A DNA stretch of 64,000 nucleotides, from positions 24,449 through 88,448 of the forward strand of contig JAKOVY010000020.1 of assembly GCA_029781825.1 (NCBI GenBank), written 5' to 3'. This document shows, in pieces, positions 56,704 through 64,000 of the stretch (positions are counted from its first letter, which is position 1; the number at the start of each line of letters is the position of its first letter). The position numbers and the translations under genes are program-made. The stretch is from Bacillota bacterium. Lineage in GTDB: Bacteria > Bacillota > Syntrophomonadia > Syntrophomonadales > DTU052. Under the pieces are notes generated by a model, which made no database searches, had not been told where the DNA came from, and saw only the letters and a program-made list of their open reading frames with translations.

Positions 56704-57243
56704 TTATTGATCCGTCATAGCCTGGGAAATCCTCTCCCTGGTTTTGGCCAATTCCTGATTAATGTTTAAACGACCCCGTCCCATCCACCACATGGGACAG
56801 TGACAGTTGAAGTTATCAATCATGCGGTTTATTTCCCTAAGCCTTTCCTCTGATTCCTTTAAGAACTGCTCCAGCTTCTTCTGGGCCTGGTGTGGGTTTT
56901 TCCTGTCGCTGTCACCCTTGATCCGCTGCAGGGCTATGAACTTGTCAACTTCCTTCCAGAACTTCTCAATGGCAGCGTCCACATCTTTTCCCAGCTCCAT
57001 CCAGTAAGGGGAAAACCCAGCGTCCTTCAGGATCTTATTGGCCATCCGCATATCCGGGGGTTCAAAAGGGTTCTCCTGCAGGTTCAGCGGTTTACCTTTT
57101 CCCTCCAGATTGTCAAAGGCCCCTGCTTCCATAGCCTTGCGTATCTTCTCTTCCACCAGATCTTCCATGCTGGCCATGTATTTGGCTGTGCCCCGAACCT
57201 GGGCCGCCTTTATTTTGATCTCCTCTTCCAGAGACCTGGTCAT
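56704..57243 (-). CDS. DUF1992 (DnaJC28-like) domain protein
   Basis: 179 aa with EEKIRKAMEAGAFDNLEGKGKPL, the DUF1992 signature (recalled from memory). Confidence 0.65.
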   Translation of the reverse strand: MTRSLEEEIKIKAAQVRGTAKYMASMEDLVEEKIRKAMEAGAFDNLEGKGKPLNLQENPFEPPDMRMANKILKDAGFSPYWMELGKDVDAAIEKFWKEVDKFIALQRIKGDSDRKNPHQAQKKLEQFLKESEERLREINRMIDNFNCHCPMWWMGRGRLNINQELAKTRERISQAMTDQ

Positions 57244-57761
57244 TCGTTACCCTCCTCGAGTACTGCCGGCAGGTCTTGCAGGCTGGTTAAACCAAACAAC
57301 TTCAGGAACTCATCGGTGGTGCCGTACATCACCGGCCTGCCCGGCGCATCCTTCCTTCCCACTTCCCGAATCAAGCCCCGCTTCTGAAGCGATTGCAGGG
57401 CCCGGTCCGCTCTAACCCCGCGTATAGCCTCCACTTCAGCCCTGGTAACCGGTTGGCGGTAGGCAATGATCGCCAGGGTCTCCAGCACACCCTGCGACAG
57501 CCGCTCCGCTTGTGTTGCCCCGAACTCTCGTACATACTCGTGGTACTCGGGACGGGTGCACATGAGGAAGCCGGCGTCACCGGACACAATCTCAATGCCG
57601 CTCTTCCTTTCATTATACTCGAGTGTGAGCTCGGTCAATATGGTCAAGACATCCTCCTTGGAAGCACCGGTAACCCGCGCTATCTCCTCCACCGGAACGG
57701 CCTCGGCCCGGACAAAGAGGATGGCTTCAATAACAGCTTTCAACTCTTGTCTAATCAGCAT
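57240..57761 (-). CDS. scpB: segregation and condensation protein B
   Basis: 173 aa with AVIEAILFV and LETLAIIAYRQPVTRAEVEAIRGV. Confidence 0.9.
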   Translation of the reverse strand: MLIRQELKAVIEAILFVRAEAVPVEEIARVTGASKEDVLTILTELTLEYNERKSGIEIVSGDAGFLMCTRPEYHEYVREFGATQAERLSQGVLETLAIIAYRQPVTRAEVEAIRGVRADRALQSLQKRGLIREVGRKDAPGRPVMYGTTDEFLKLFGLTSLQDLPAVLEEGNE

Positions 57762-58494
57762 CTTGACGGCTCCGTGTTTTCATAATCGATATCACACCGA
57801 ACGGCTCGGTCTGAACCGCAGTTACCCGCCCCAATCGTATCAGTTCCAGCAGAGCCAAAAAAAGCACCAGAGCTTCTCTCCTGCTGGTCGCATCTGCAAA
57901 GAGCTCCTGCAATGTCAGGTGTCTTCTCTTGCGGCAGCTCTCCTCAATAACCTGCATTTTTTCATGGATGTCAATATCGCCTTCCGGAAGCCTGACCGGT
58001 ATCTCCGTGTCGTCTTTCTGCAACCAAACGTTCTTGAATGCCTGTACCAGCTGCGAGAGGGTGGCGCGCATCTCTCTTTGCGGTTCCAGTTCCCAGGGCT
58101 CACGGAAATAGACCCGGGGCAGCCTCCCTTCATACTTCTGTTCCAGCATTCGGGCCAGAGCCTTGAAGTTTCTATACTCTACCAGCCGGTTGACCAGATC
58201 ATGCCGTGGGTCCTCTTCATCCTCCCCGGTCTCCTCCAACCTGGGGCGCGGCAGCAGCAACCGGGTCTTGATGTTGATGAGGGTAGCTGCCATCAACAGA
58301 AAGTCAGCCAGTATGTCCAGATCCACCTCATCCATTGTTTCCAGCGCAGCCAGGTACTGGTCGGTGATGCTGGCGATGGGGATATCGTAGATATCAACCT
58401 GGTTCTGTTCAATGAGCTTTAGCAGCAGGTCGAGCGGTCCCTCGTAGTTATCCAGTTTGACCGAATAACCCATCTCCCGCCTCCGTCTAACCAA
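57751..58494 (-). CDS. scpA: segregation and condensation protein A
   Basis: 247 aa with NYEGPLDLLLKLIEQNQVDIYDIPIA. The start is possibly ATG 58473. Confidence 0.9.
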   Translation of the reverse strand: MVRRRREMGYSVKLDNYEGPLDLLLKLIEQNQVDIYDIPIASITDQYLAALETMDEVDLDILADFLLMAATLINIKTRLLLPRPRLEETGEDEEDPRHDLVNRLVEYRNFKALARMLEQKYEGRLPRVYFREPWELEPQREMRATLSQLVQAFKNVWLQKDDTEIPVRLPEGDIDIHEKMQVIEESCRKRRHLTLQELFADATSRREALVLFLALLELIRLGRVTAVQTEPFGVISIMKTRSRQDAD

Positions 58495-59137
58495 AGATGA
58501 AGTTGCTGAGGATCCCGAGTACTAAGTTGAGTATCGGCCACAGTATCGTACCAATCAGTCCGGAGAAAACCAGTACCAACAGGATTATAGGACCGTAACG
58601 CTCCAGGTTGTCAAGCAGAACTCCCTGGCTGTCAGGCAGTATCCCGGCCAGGATCTTGGATCCATCCAGGGGCGGAACCGGTATCAGGTTGAAGATCCCA
58701 AGAACCACGTTGTACAGCAGGAGCGGATGCAAGAGGGTCAGGGCAATATAGGTGCTTTCGGTTTGCGGCAGCGAATAGACAACCTTCATCACTACCGCCG
58801 TTGCTATTGCCAGGAGGAAGTTCATTCCGGGACCCGCCAGCGAAACCAGCATCATCCCTCTCCGCATATCAACACCTTTAAAGTTTAGAGGATTAACCTG
58901 CACTGGCCGGGCCCAGCCAAACTTCACCAAGAGCAGCATAAGGAAACCCAACCAGTCGATATGTGCCAGGGGATTCAGGGTCAGCCTCCCCTGGTAGTAC
59001 GGTGTATGATCTCCCAAATAATCGGCTACCCGTGCATGGGCATACTCATGGAAGGACAGCGCAATTAAAAGACCCGGAAGTATTATCAGCAACTCTCTAA
59101 TACTCGGCAAATCTAACATGAACCATCCTCCATCCAC
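58487..59137 (-). CDS. site-2 protease family (M50) membrane metalloprotease
   Basis: 216 aa with the HEYAHA zinc motif. Polytopic. Confidence 0.8.
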   Translation of the reverse strand: MDGGWFMLDLPSIRELLIILPGLLIALSFHEYAHARVADYLGDHTPYYQGRLTLNPLAHIDWLGFLMLLLVKFGWARPVQVNPLNFKGVDMRRGMMLVSLAGPGMNFLLAIATAVVMKVVYSLPQTESTYIALTLLHPLLLYNVVLGIFNLIPVPPLDGSKILAGILPDSQGVLLDNLERYGPIILLVLVFSGLIGTILWPILNLVLGILSNFIFG

Positions 59138-61734
59138 TTTCGTACTAGTTTCACCTCATCCTCATATGAGGTGACCTCCTGGTCCAGGCGCGCGGCTCGC
59201 AATCTATCAAGCAGCACTTTGAAAATGGGACCGGGCTTAAGTCCCATTCTTTTTAGATCGTTACCGTTTATCTCTACTTTAACGTCCCGGGCCAACTCCA
59301 GATACCTGACCGCTTTCTCCCATGCCCATTCCCGGTCCAGACAGAGCAGGAAGAAAACGATGTTTTCCATGGAGTACCCCCGCAAAAGAAGGTCCAACTG
59401 GCTGAAAGGCATTTCCTCGTTACGCTGAAACTCCCGAGCCAGTTCCATAATATCTCCTATCCTGGCCAGTGATCGCGCGGTCTCTCGGTCAAAGTGAAAA
59501 CGGTCAATAACCAATTGCAGCTTTGCTTGATCCAGCTGGGAGCACAATACCTCCATATAGACCACCCAGGAGCGGACTCCGGTCCCCAGTTCCCTCTCCG
59601 CAAGCCATCCCAGGACCCGGGGCACCCGGCTCAGGGTATACCTCATCGTTTCATTCATCCTAACCTCCGGCAGAACATACTGCCATACCCCGATTTCTTC
59701 CATGCGGCGCAGGGCCGGTACCGGGTCCTTTTCCTCGAGAATCAGAACCAGTTCCTGCCGGATCCGCTTGTAAGACAGATGCCGAAGCATTCGACGTTGT
59801 ATAGCATAACGGGCCATCTGCAGTGTATCCGGCTCGATGCGAAACTTGAAACGGGCTTCGAAGCGGATGGCACGTATAATCCGGGTGGGGTCCTCTACAA
59901 AGCTCAGGTTATATAAAACCCGGATCAGTCCCTGTTCCAGGTCCTGCCGTCCGCCGAAATAGTCAATCAGTTCTCCATATCTCTGGGGATTCAAGCAGAT
60001 CGCCATAGTATTGATGGTAAAGTCACGCCGGTACATATCTTCTCTGATCGATGATCTTTCCACCCGCGGCAGAGCGGCGGGGAATTCGTAGTATTCGGTC
60101 CGGGCGGTGGCCACATCGATCTTTAACCCATCCGGCAGCAGGACCACTGCGGTTCGGAACCTTTCATGGGACCGGGCTCTCCCGCCCAGCGTTGCCGCAA
60201 GTTTTTTCGCAAACTCAATCCCGTCCCCTTCAACCACCAGATCAACGTCGAAGTTCTTAACCTTGAGCAGCAGATCCCGGACAAACCCGCCCACACAGTA
60301 AACGTTTATTCCCATATCGTCGCCTATCATTCCCGCGGTCTTAAGGATGTCCTTGATGCGTTTAGGGAGGCGATACTCCAGGATGTCGCTGCAATCATGA
60401 GTCAATCCGTATTCTCCCCGGTTATACATCACCGCATGGTCCTCGGGATACTGGTCGCCGTGCATGGTGCGCAGCAGATCAGTACGGGATACAATCCCTA
60501 CCAGTCTTCCTCCCTCAACCACCGGCACGCGCCCAATATCTTTTTCTACTACAATCCTGCGGATATCCGCCACCCCGGTATCGGGCGAAACCGTGACCAC
60601 CTCCTGGGTCATAAATCCTTTTACCGGGGCGTGTCCCAAATTGTGAATCCTGGCCTTATCCACATCCCGGCGTGAGATTATTCCCACCAAACGCTCACCG
60701 TCTATAACCGGCATGCCGGTATGCCCGTAGCGGAGCATAATCTTCCCTGCTTCTTCCATGGTCACATCCACGGGTATTGTTTTCACCGGGCTCGACATTA
60801 TGTCGCGAGCTGACAACCCCTTACCCGTGCTTGTCGCCAGTTGTTCCAGTATTTCCCTCTCGATCATTTTTAAATCAGGCTTCCTGATAACGGCTGACGC
60901 TGCCATTTCGTGTCCATACCCACCCAGCGGGGCCAGGATCTTATTTACCTGAACAATTGGGGTCCGGCTTCGTGCAACTACCTGAGCCTTGCCCTGCATT
61001 ATCACTACTACAAATATCGCATCACCGGCCACCACTTCCATTAAATGGTGAGTAACCACATCCAGTCCGGATATAAATCCCTTTTCATGCCCGGTAGCCA
61101 CAACGATATCCAGGCCGTTAACCCGGTAGCGCTTGACATCAGACAACAGCTTCTGCAGCAGCTGCCGCTGTTCATCAGAAAAAGGCTCTTCCATAAAGCT
61201 GGCCACTATCGAGAGGTCGGCCCCCTGGCGCAGCAGATAGGCTGCCGCTTCGACATCACGGTAGGTGGTGGAAGTAAATAGCAGGCTGCCGGTATCCTCA
61301 TAGATACCCAAGGCCAGAATAGTGGCTTCAAAAGGGGTTAGCGGGATGTCCTCATTCCGTATCTTCTCCACCAGGATTGTGGTTACTGCCCCTACCATAT
61401 GGACTTCGTTAATGATCCCGTGAATATCATTCGGTCCGTCCGGATGGTGATCGAATACAATGAACTCACAGCCTCGCTCTTCCAATCCTCTTAATGAACC
61501 AAGGCGAGCCGGGTTCCTGGTATCCACCAGAATAACCCGTTCCACCGCATCCAGATCAATTTCACGAGGGGTTCGAAACACCAGACTGTCTTTATAGAGT
61601 CCCATGAAATGGCGGACGTTCTTGGACAGGGTACCCGGTATTACAGGAATAGCTTGAGGAAACAGCTTGGTTGCAGCCACCATGGCGGCCAGACCGTCAA
61701 AATCGAGACTGTTATGGGAAGTGATTATGTCCAA
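59113..61734 (-). CDS. multidomain DHH/DHHA1 + CBS pair + tRNA nucleotidyltransferase/poly(A) polymerase family protein
   Basis: 873 aa with N-terminal DHH (SHNSLDFDGLAAMV, FDHH) and two CBS motifs. The polymerase-beta head is VYCVGGFVRDLLL...DVDLVV, followed by a C-terminal RNA-binding region. Confidence 0.8.
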   Translation of the reverse strand: MDIITSHNSLDFDGLAAMVAATKLFPQAIPVIPGTLSKNVRHFMGLYKDSLVFRTPREIDLDAVERVILVDTRNPARLGSLRGLEERGCEFIVFDHHPDGPNDIHGIINEVHMVGAVTTILVEKIRNEDIPLTPFEATILALGIYEDTGSLLFTSTTYRDVEAAAYLLRQGADLSIVASFMEEPFSDEQRQLLQKLLSDVKRYRVNGLDIVVATGHEKGFISGLDVVTHHLMEVVAGDAIFVVVIMQGKAQVVARSRTPIVQVNKILAPLGGYGHEMAASAVIRKPDLKMIEREILEQLATSTGKGLSARDIMSSPVKTIPVDVTMEEAGKIMLRYGHTGMPVIDGERLVGIISRRDVDKARIHNLGHAPVKGFMTQEVVTVSPDTGVADIRRIVVEKDIGRVPVVEGGRLVGIVSRTDLLRTMHGDQYPEDHAVMYNRGEYGLTHDCSDILEYRLPKRIKDILKTAGMIGDDMGINVYCVGGFVRDLLLKVKNFDVDLVVEGDGIEFAKKLAATLGGRARSHERFRTAVVLLPDGLKIDVATARTEYYEFPAALPRVERSSIREDMYRRDFTINTMAICLNPQRYGELIDYFGGRQDLEQGLIRVLYNLSFVEDPTRIIRAIRFEARFKFRIEPDTLQMARYAIQRRMLRHLSYKRIRQELVLILEEKDPVPALRRMEEIGVWQYVLPEVRMNETMRYTLSRVPRVLGWLAERELGTGVRSWVVYMEVLCSQLDQAKLQLVIDRFHFDRETARSLARIGDIMELAREFQRNEEMPFSQLDLLLRGYSMENIVFFLLCLDREWAWEKAVRYLELARDVKVEINGNDLKRMGLKPGPIFKVLLDRLRAARLDQEVTSYEDEVKLVRKWMEDGSC

Positions 61735-62042
61735 ATCCTTCTTCTCCCCTATTCAGATATCCGCATTATATCACAGTACCGTAACTTACCCAACCGGCCT
61801 ATTCCTTAATTTGGGGTTACTGGTATACTTAATATTAAACAGGTACGGTAACCGTGCGTTGGCCTCCGGCTTATGCACCTGCCGACCTTTACAGGTTGGT
61901 GGAATAGTACTTGGATTCCTGCCAAGGGTTACCGGTGTAAGCCAACCATAAATGGAAATCACCATAAAACTCATCACAGCATATGGCGGGGGCGCCGGTG
62001 GCACCAGTTATTACAAAACCCACTAATGTAGAAGGGATGATA

Positions 62043-62547
62043 GTGTTGTCCTATACCCGTGAAGTGACAGTCAGGTGTACCGATATTCCAAACCGGGGAT
62101 ACCGGGTTGAGGGAGTTAAAAGATGACCTGCATCACTTGAAAGTGGACATGGTAATCGATTTTTTCCGGAGCGAGATCATAGACGCTCACGCGGAAGCCC
62201 TGAACACCCCCTTCCCTATCTGCAAAGAAGCCATGAAATCCATTAAAAAGCTGGTTGGCGCCAAGATCGGCCCCGGTTTCAGCAGAACGGTCAAGCAAGC
62301 CCTGATCAATTCCGAGGGATGTTTCCATCTGGAAGAACTCATCATGAATGCAGTAAACGCCGGTTTACAGGCCTCGGCCCGCGAGATTCCCGACTGGATC
62401 AGCAAGGAGGAATACGCCCACCGCTGGAAATCCTGGGAGAAGCTCTATCTGGGCCGCTGTATCCACTACTCCCAGCCGGAGGCCGCTGAAACCCTGGAAC
62501 GGGTGCACACGGAGATCCTGCCGAAAAAAAGGGTTTCTGAAGGTTAG
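62043..62547 (+). pseudogene. DUF2889-family gene interrupted by a 1-nt frameshift in an A4 run (or a sequencing error)
   Basis: The frame from GTG 62043 reads VLSYTREVTVRCTDIPNRGYRVEGVKR-stop (TGA 62124-62126). The ORF 62107..62547 continues in the next frame as ELKDDLHHLKVDMVID...GCFHLEEL. Removing one A at 62118-62121 fuses them. Confidence 0.5.
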
Positions 62548-62666
62548 CGGCTTGAACCACGGCATTTGCGGCAACATCTGGTGGCCTTTACCATTTCCTG
62601 GCGAAAGATCCGGCCATCCGGTTACGTAATAACATAAATAAACGATTTAATGGGACAAGGGGGGTT

Positions 62667-64000
62667 ATGAGCGTAATGCGCAAACGAACCAATGTTAAGC
62701 TGCTTGTGGTTGTTATGGTAATCAGCCTTTTTGTGCTGGCTCCGTTTAACGGGGTGACAGCCGCGACCTTTACCGACATCAAAGGTCACTGGGCTGTATC
62801 CGACATCAATGACCTCGTTAATAAAGGGTACATAAAAGGCTATCCCGACAATACCTTTCGCCCGGACCGCACCATCAGCCGCGCTGAATTCCTGACGATA
62901 ATCATGAACATAAAAGGGCTTAATGCGTCCGGTTCAGGAACCGACAGCTTCAGTGACATCAGAAATCACTGGGCACGGGGTCTTATCAACCGGGCCGTGA
63001 GTGAGGGTATTGTAGTAAAAAGCGAGTACTCCGGCACCTTTAACCCCGATCAGGCCTTGAAACGCAGCGAGGCCGCGGCCATGATGGTAAGAGCCCTGGG
63101 ACAGCAACCCAGCAGCAGTGCCATTACCTTTAGCGATAAATCCGATGTAGAAAAGAGCATTTATCGTGGTTACATAGTAACAGCCTACAACCTGGGATTG
63201 ATTGCAGGTTATAATGACGGAACCTTCAGACCGTTTACCCAGGTCACCCGCGCCCAGGCCTGCGCCATGCTTAACAAACTTGCCAAAAAAATTGATACCT
63301 CTCCCCCTGTGGGTTCCGGGATACTAAACGGGATTTTAGTGGGAGGCCGCACTTATGATTTCCTGACCACGCCCGTGTACCTGAAGATAGGATATAATGA
63401 GGTCCGGGTTACCAACCTCAGCTATACAGGCAATTCCCTGTTCGTCAACAACGCATATATGTATTTATTGAATGCCTCCGGGACCCGCTACCCCGACCTG
63501 ATTGTGAACAACAACCGCTATGTAGTCAAAAGCCTCGCCGTCTCCGGCAGCAACCTGGTGGTTGTCCCCGAATCCATGCGGCTCAACCGGTTGGTCCTGG
63601 GCAATCTGCGGTATGACACGGAGTACGTTAAGCTCTACATTGGACGCGCTTACAGCGATTACTACCTCTACGATATGGAGATCATCGACCAGTACACGGT
63701 CAAAGTGGATGGAAAGCAGATCGACCTGCGCGATGACTCGGTTACCATTGCTCCGGGCAACCAGTTTTACATTGTGGAAAGGGTTATCCTGACAGAAAAC
63801 GATACCGCGCTGGAGCTGACGGAAACCGATCCGGTTATCTATAACCGTCTCACTCTGTCTGATATTGCGGATATATATGTTGGGAACTCAAGGCTTAACG
63901 TGAACAGCATTTCCCGCATTGATTTTATCATTGACAATACCCGGTACTACCTGAACGAGGTCACCATTGATGCTTCCGGCAATTTCAGCGTTGACAACAA
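62667..64000 (+). CDS. S-layer homology (SLH) domain cell-surface protein (N-terminal 444 aa; continues past window end)
   Basis: Own translation: MSVMRKRTNVKLLVVVMVISLFVLAPFNGVTAATFTDIKGHWAVSDINDLVNKGYIKGYPDNTFRPDRTISRAEF..., giving a signal peptide plus three SLH repeats. No stop codon to 64000. Absent from the ORF track because it is open-ended. Confidence 0.8.
   Translation, partial: MSVMRKRTNVKLLVVVMVISLFVLAPFNGVTAATFTDIKGHWAVSDINDLVNKGYIKGYPDNTFRPDRTISRAEFLTIIMNIKGLNASGSGTDSFSDIRNHWARGLINRAVSEGIVVKSEYSGTFNPDQALKRSEAAAMMVRALGQQPSSSAITFSDKSDVEKSIYRGYIVTAYNLGLIAGYNDGTFRPFTQVTRAQACAMLNKLAKKIDTSPPVGSGILNGILVGGRTYDFLTTPVYLKIGYNEVRVTNLSYTGNSLFVNNAYMYLLNASGTRYPDLIVNNNRYVVKSLAVSGSNLVVVPESMRLNRLVLGNLRYDTEYVKLYIGRAYSDYYLYDMEIIDQYTVKVDGKQIDLRDDSVTIAPGNQFYIVERVILTENDTALELTETDPVIYNRLTLSDIADIYVGNSRLNVNSISRIDFIIDNTRYYLNEVTIDASGNFSVDN

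Noticed and set aside
1-64000. CRISPR arrays, IS or transposase genes, integrases, phage genes, toxin-antitoxin pairs and defence islands.
   Set aside because: I recognised none on either strand. The only dispersed repeats seen are the mscL-flanking element and the 29-bp direct repeats. The window reads as conserved core chromosome.

Overview
This 64-kb window looks like core chromosome of an endospore-forming Firmicute (class Clostridia by gene content; species not assignable). GC is mid-50s % by eye, and about 85% of genes are on the minus strand. I found no rRNA or tRNA genes, CRISPR arrays, IS elements or prophage genes. Gene content, left to right:
- HlyD/ABC efflux pair and cobO.
- Aspartate-family operon (ACT protein, hom, thrC, lysC).
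- The conserved sporulation/housekeeping block spoIVA, gpsA, plsY, der, DUF512, then spoIIP and mscL.
- An acyl-CoA dehydrogenase/thioesterase/CoA-transferase group, and sod plus rubrerythrin.
- fni, mobA-like, an ispH-rpsA fusion, plsC and cmk.
- An aromatic amino-acid block: two DAHP synthases, tyrA, aroA and aroH.
- A HutP-family gene, and a larB/CobT-like cluster.
- rluB, a soluble MCP, spmAB, and ytfJ/ytfI split by an ECF sigma gene.
- A TRAP-type (DctPQM) transporter, a liv-type ABC transporter, scpAB, an M50 protease, a multidomain CCA/poly(A)-polymerase-family protein, a frameshifted DUF2889 gene and an SLH protein.

Many ORF-track starts appear too far upstream and were re-set using RBS, terminator or homologue-length arguments.

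The most interesting observations:
- UAG-triplet-rich leaders ending in hairpin plus U-tract lie in front of a DAHP synthase gene and the TRAP-type transporter. An orphan HutP-family RNA-binding regulator gene sits next to aroH.
- LarB and a CobT-like protein, both homologues of nicotinate-nucleotide enzymes, are clustered without larA, larC or larE.
- A conserved ~90-nt terminator-containing repeat flanks mscL.
- A soluble chemoreceptor carries an N-terminal Rossmann-like domain.
- fni has no canonical start codon.

Everything is inferred by eye from the sequence; no searches were run.
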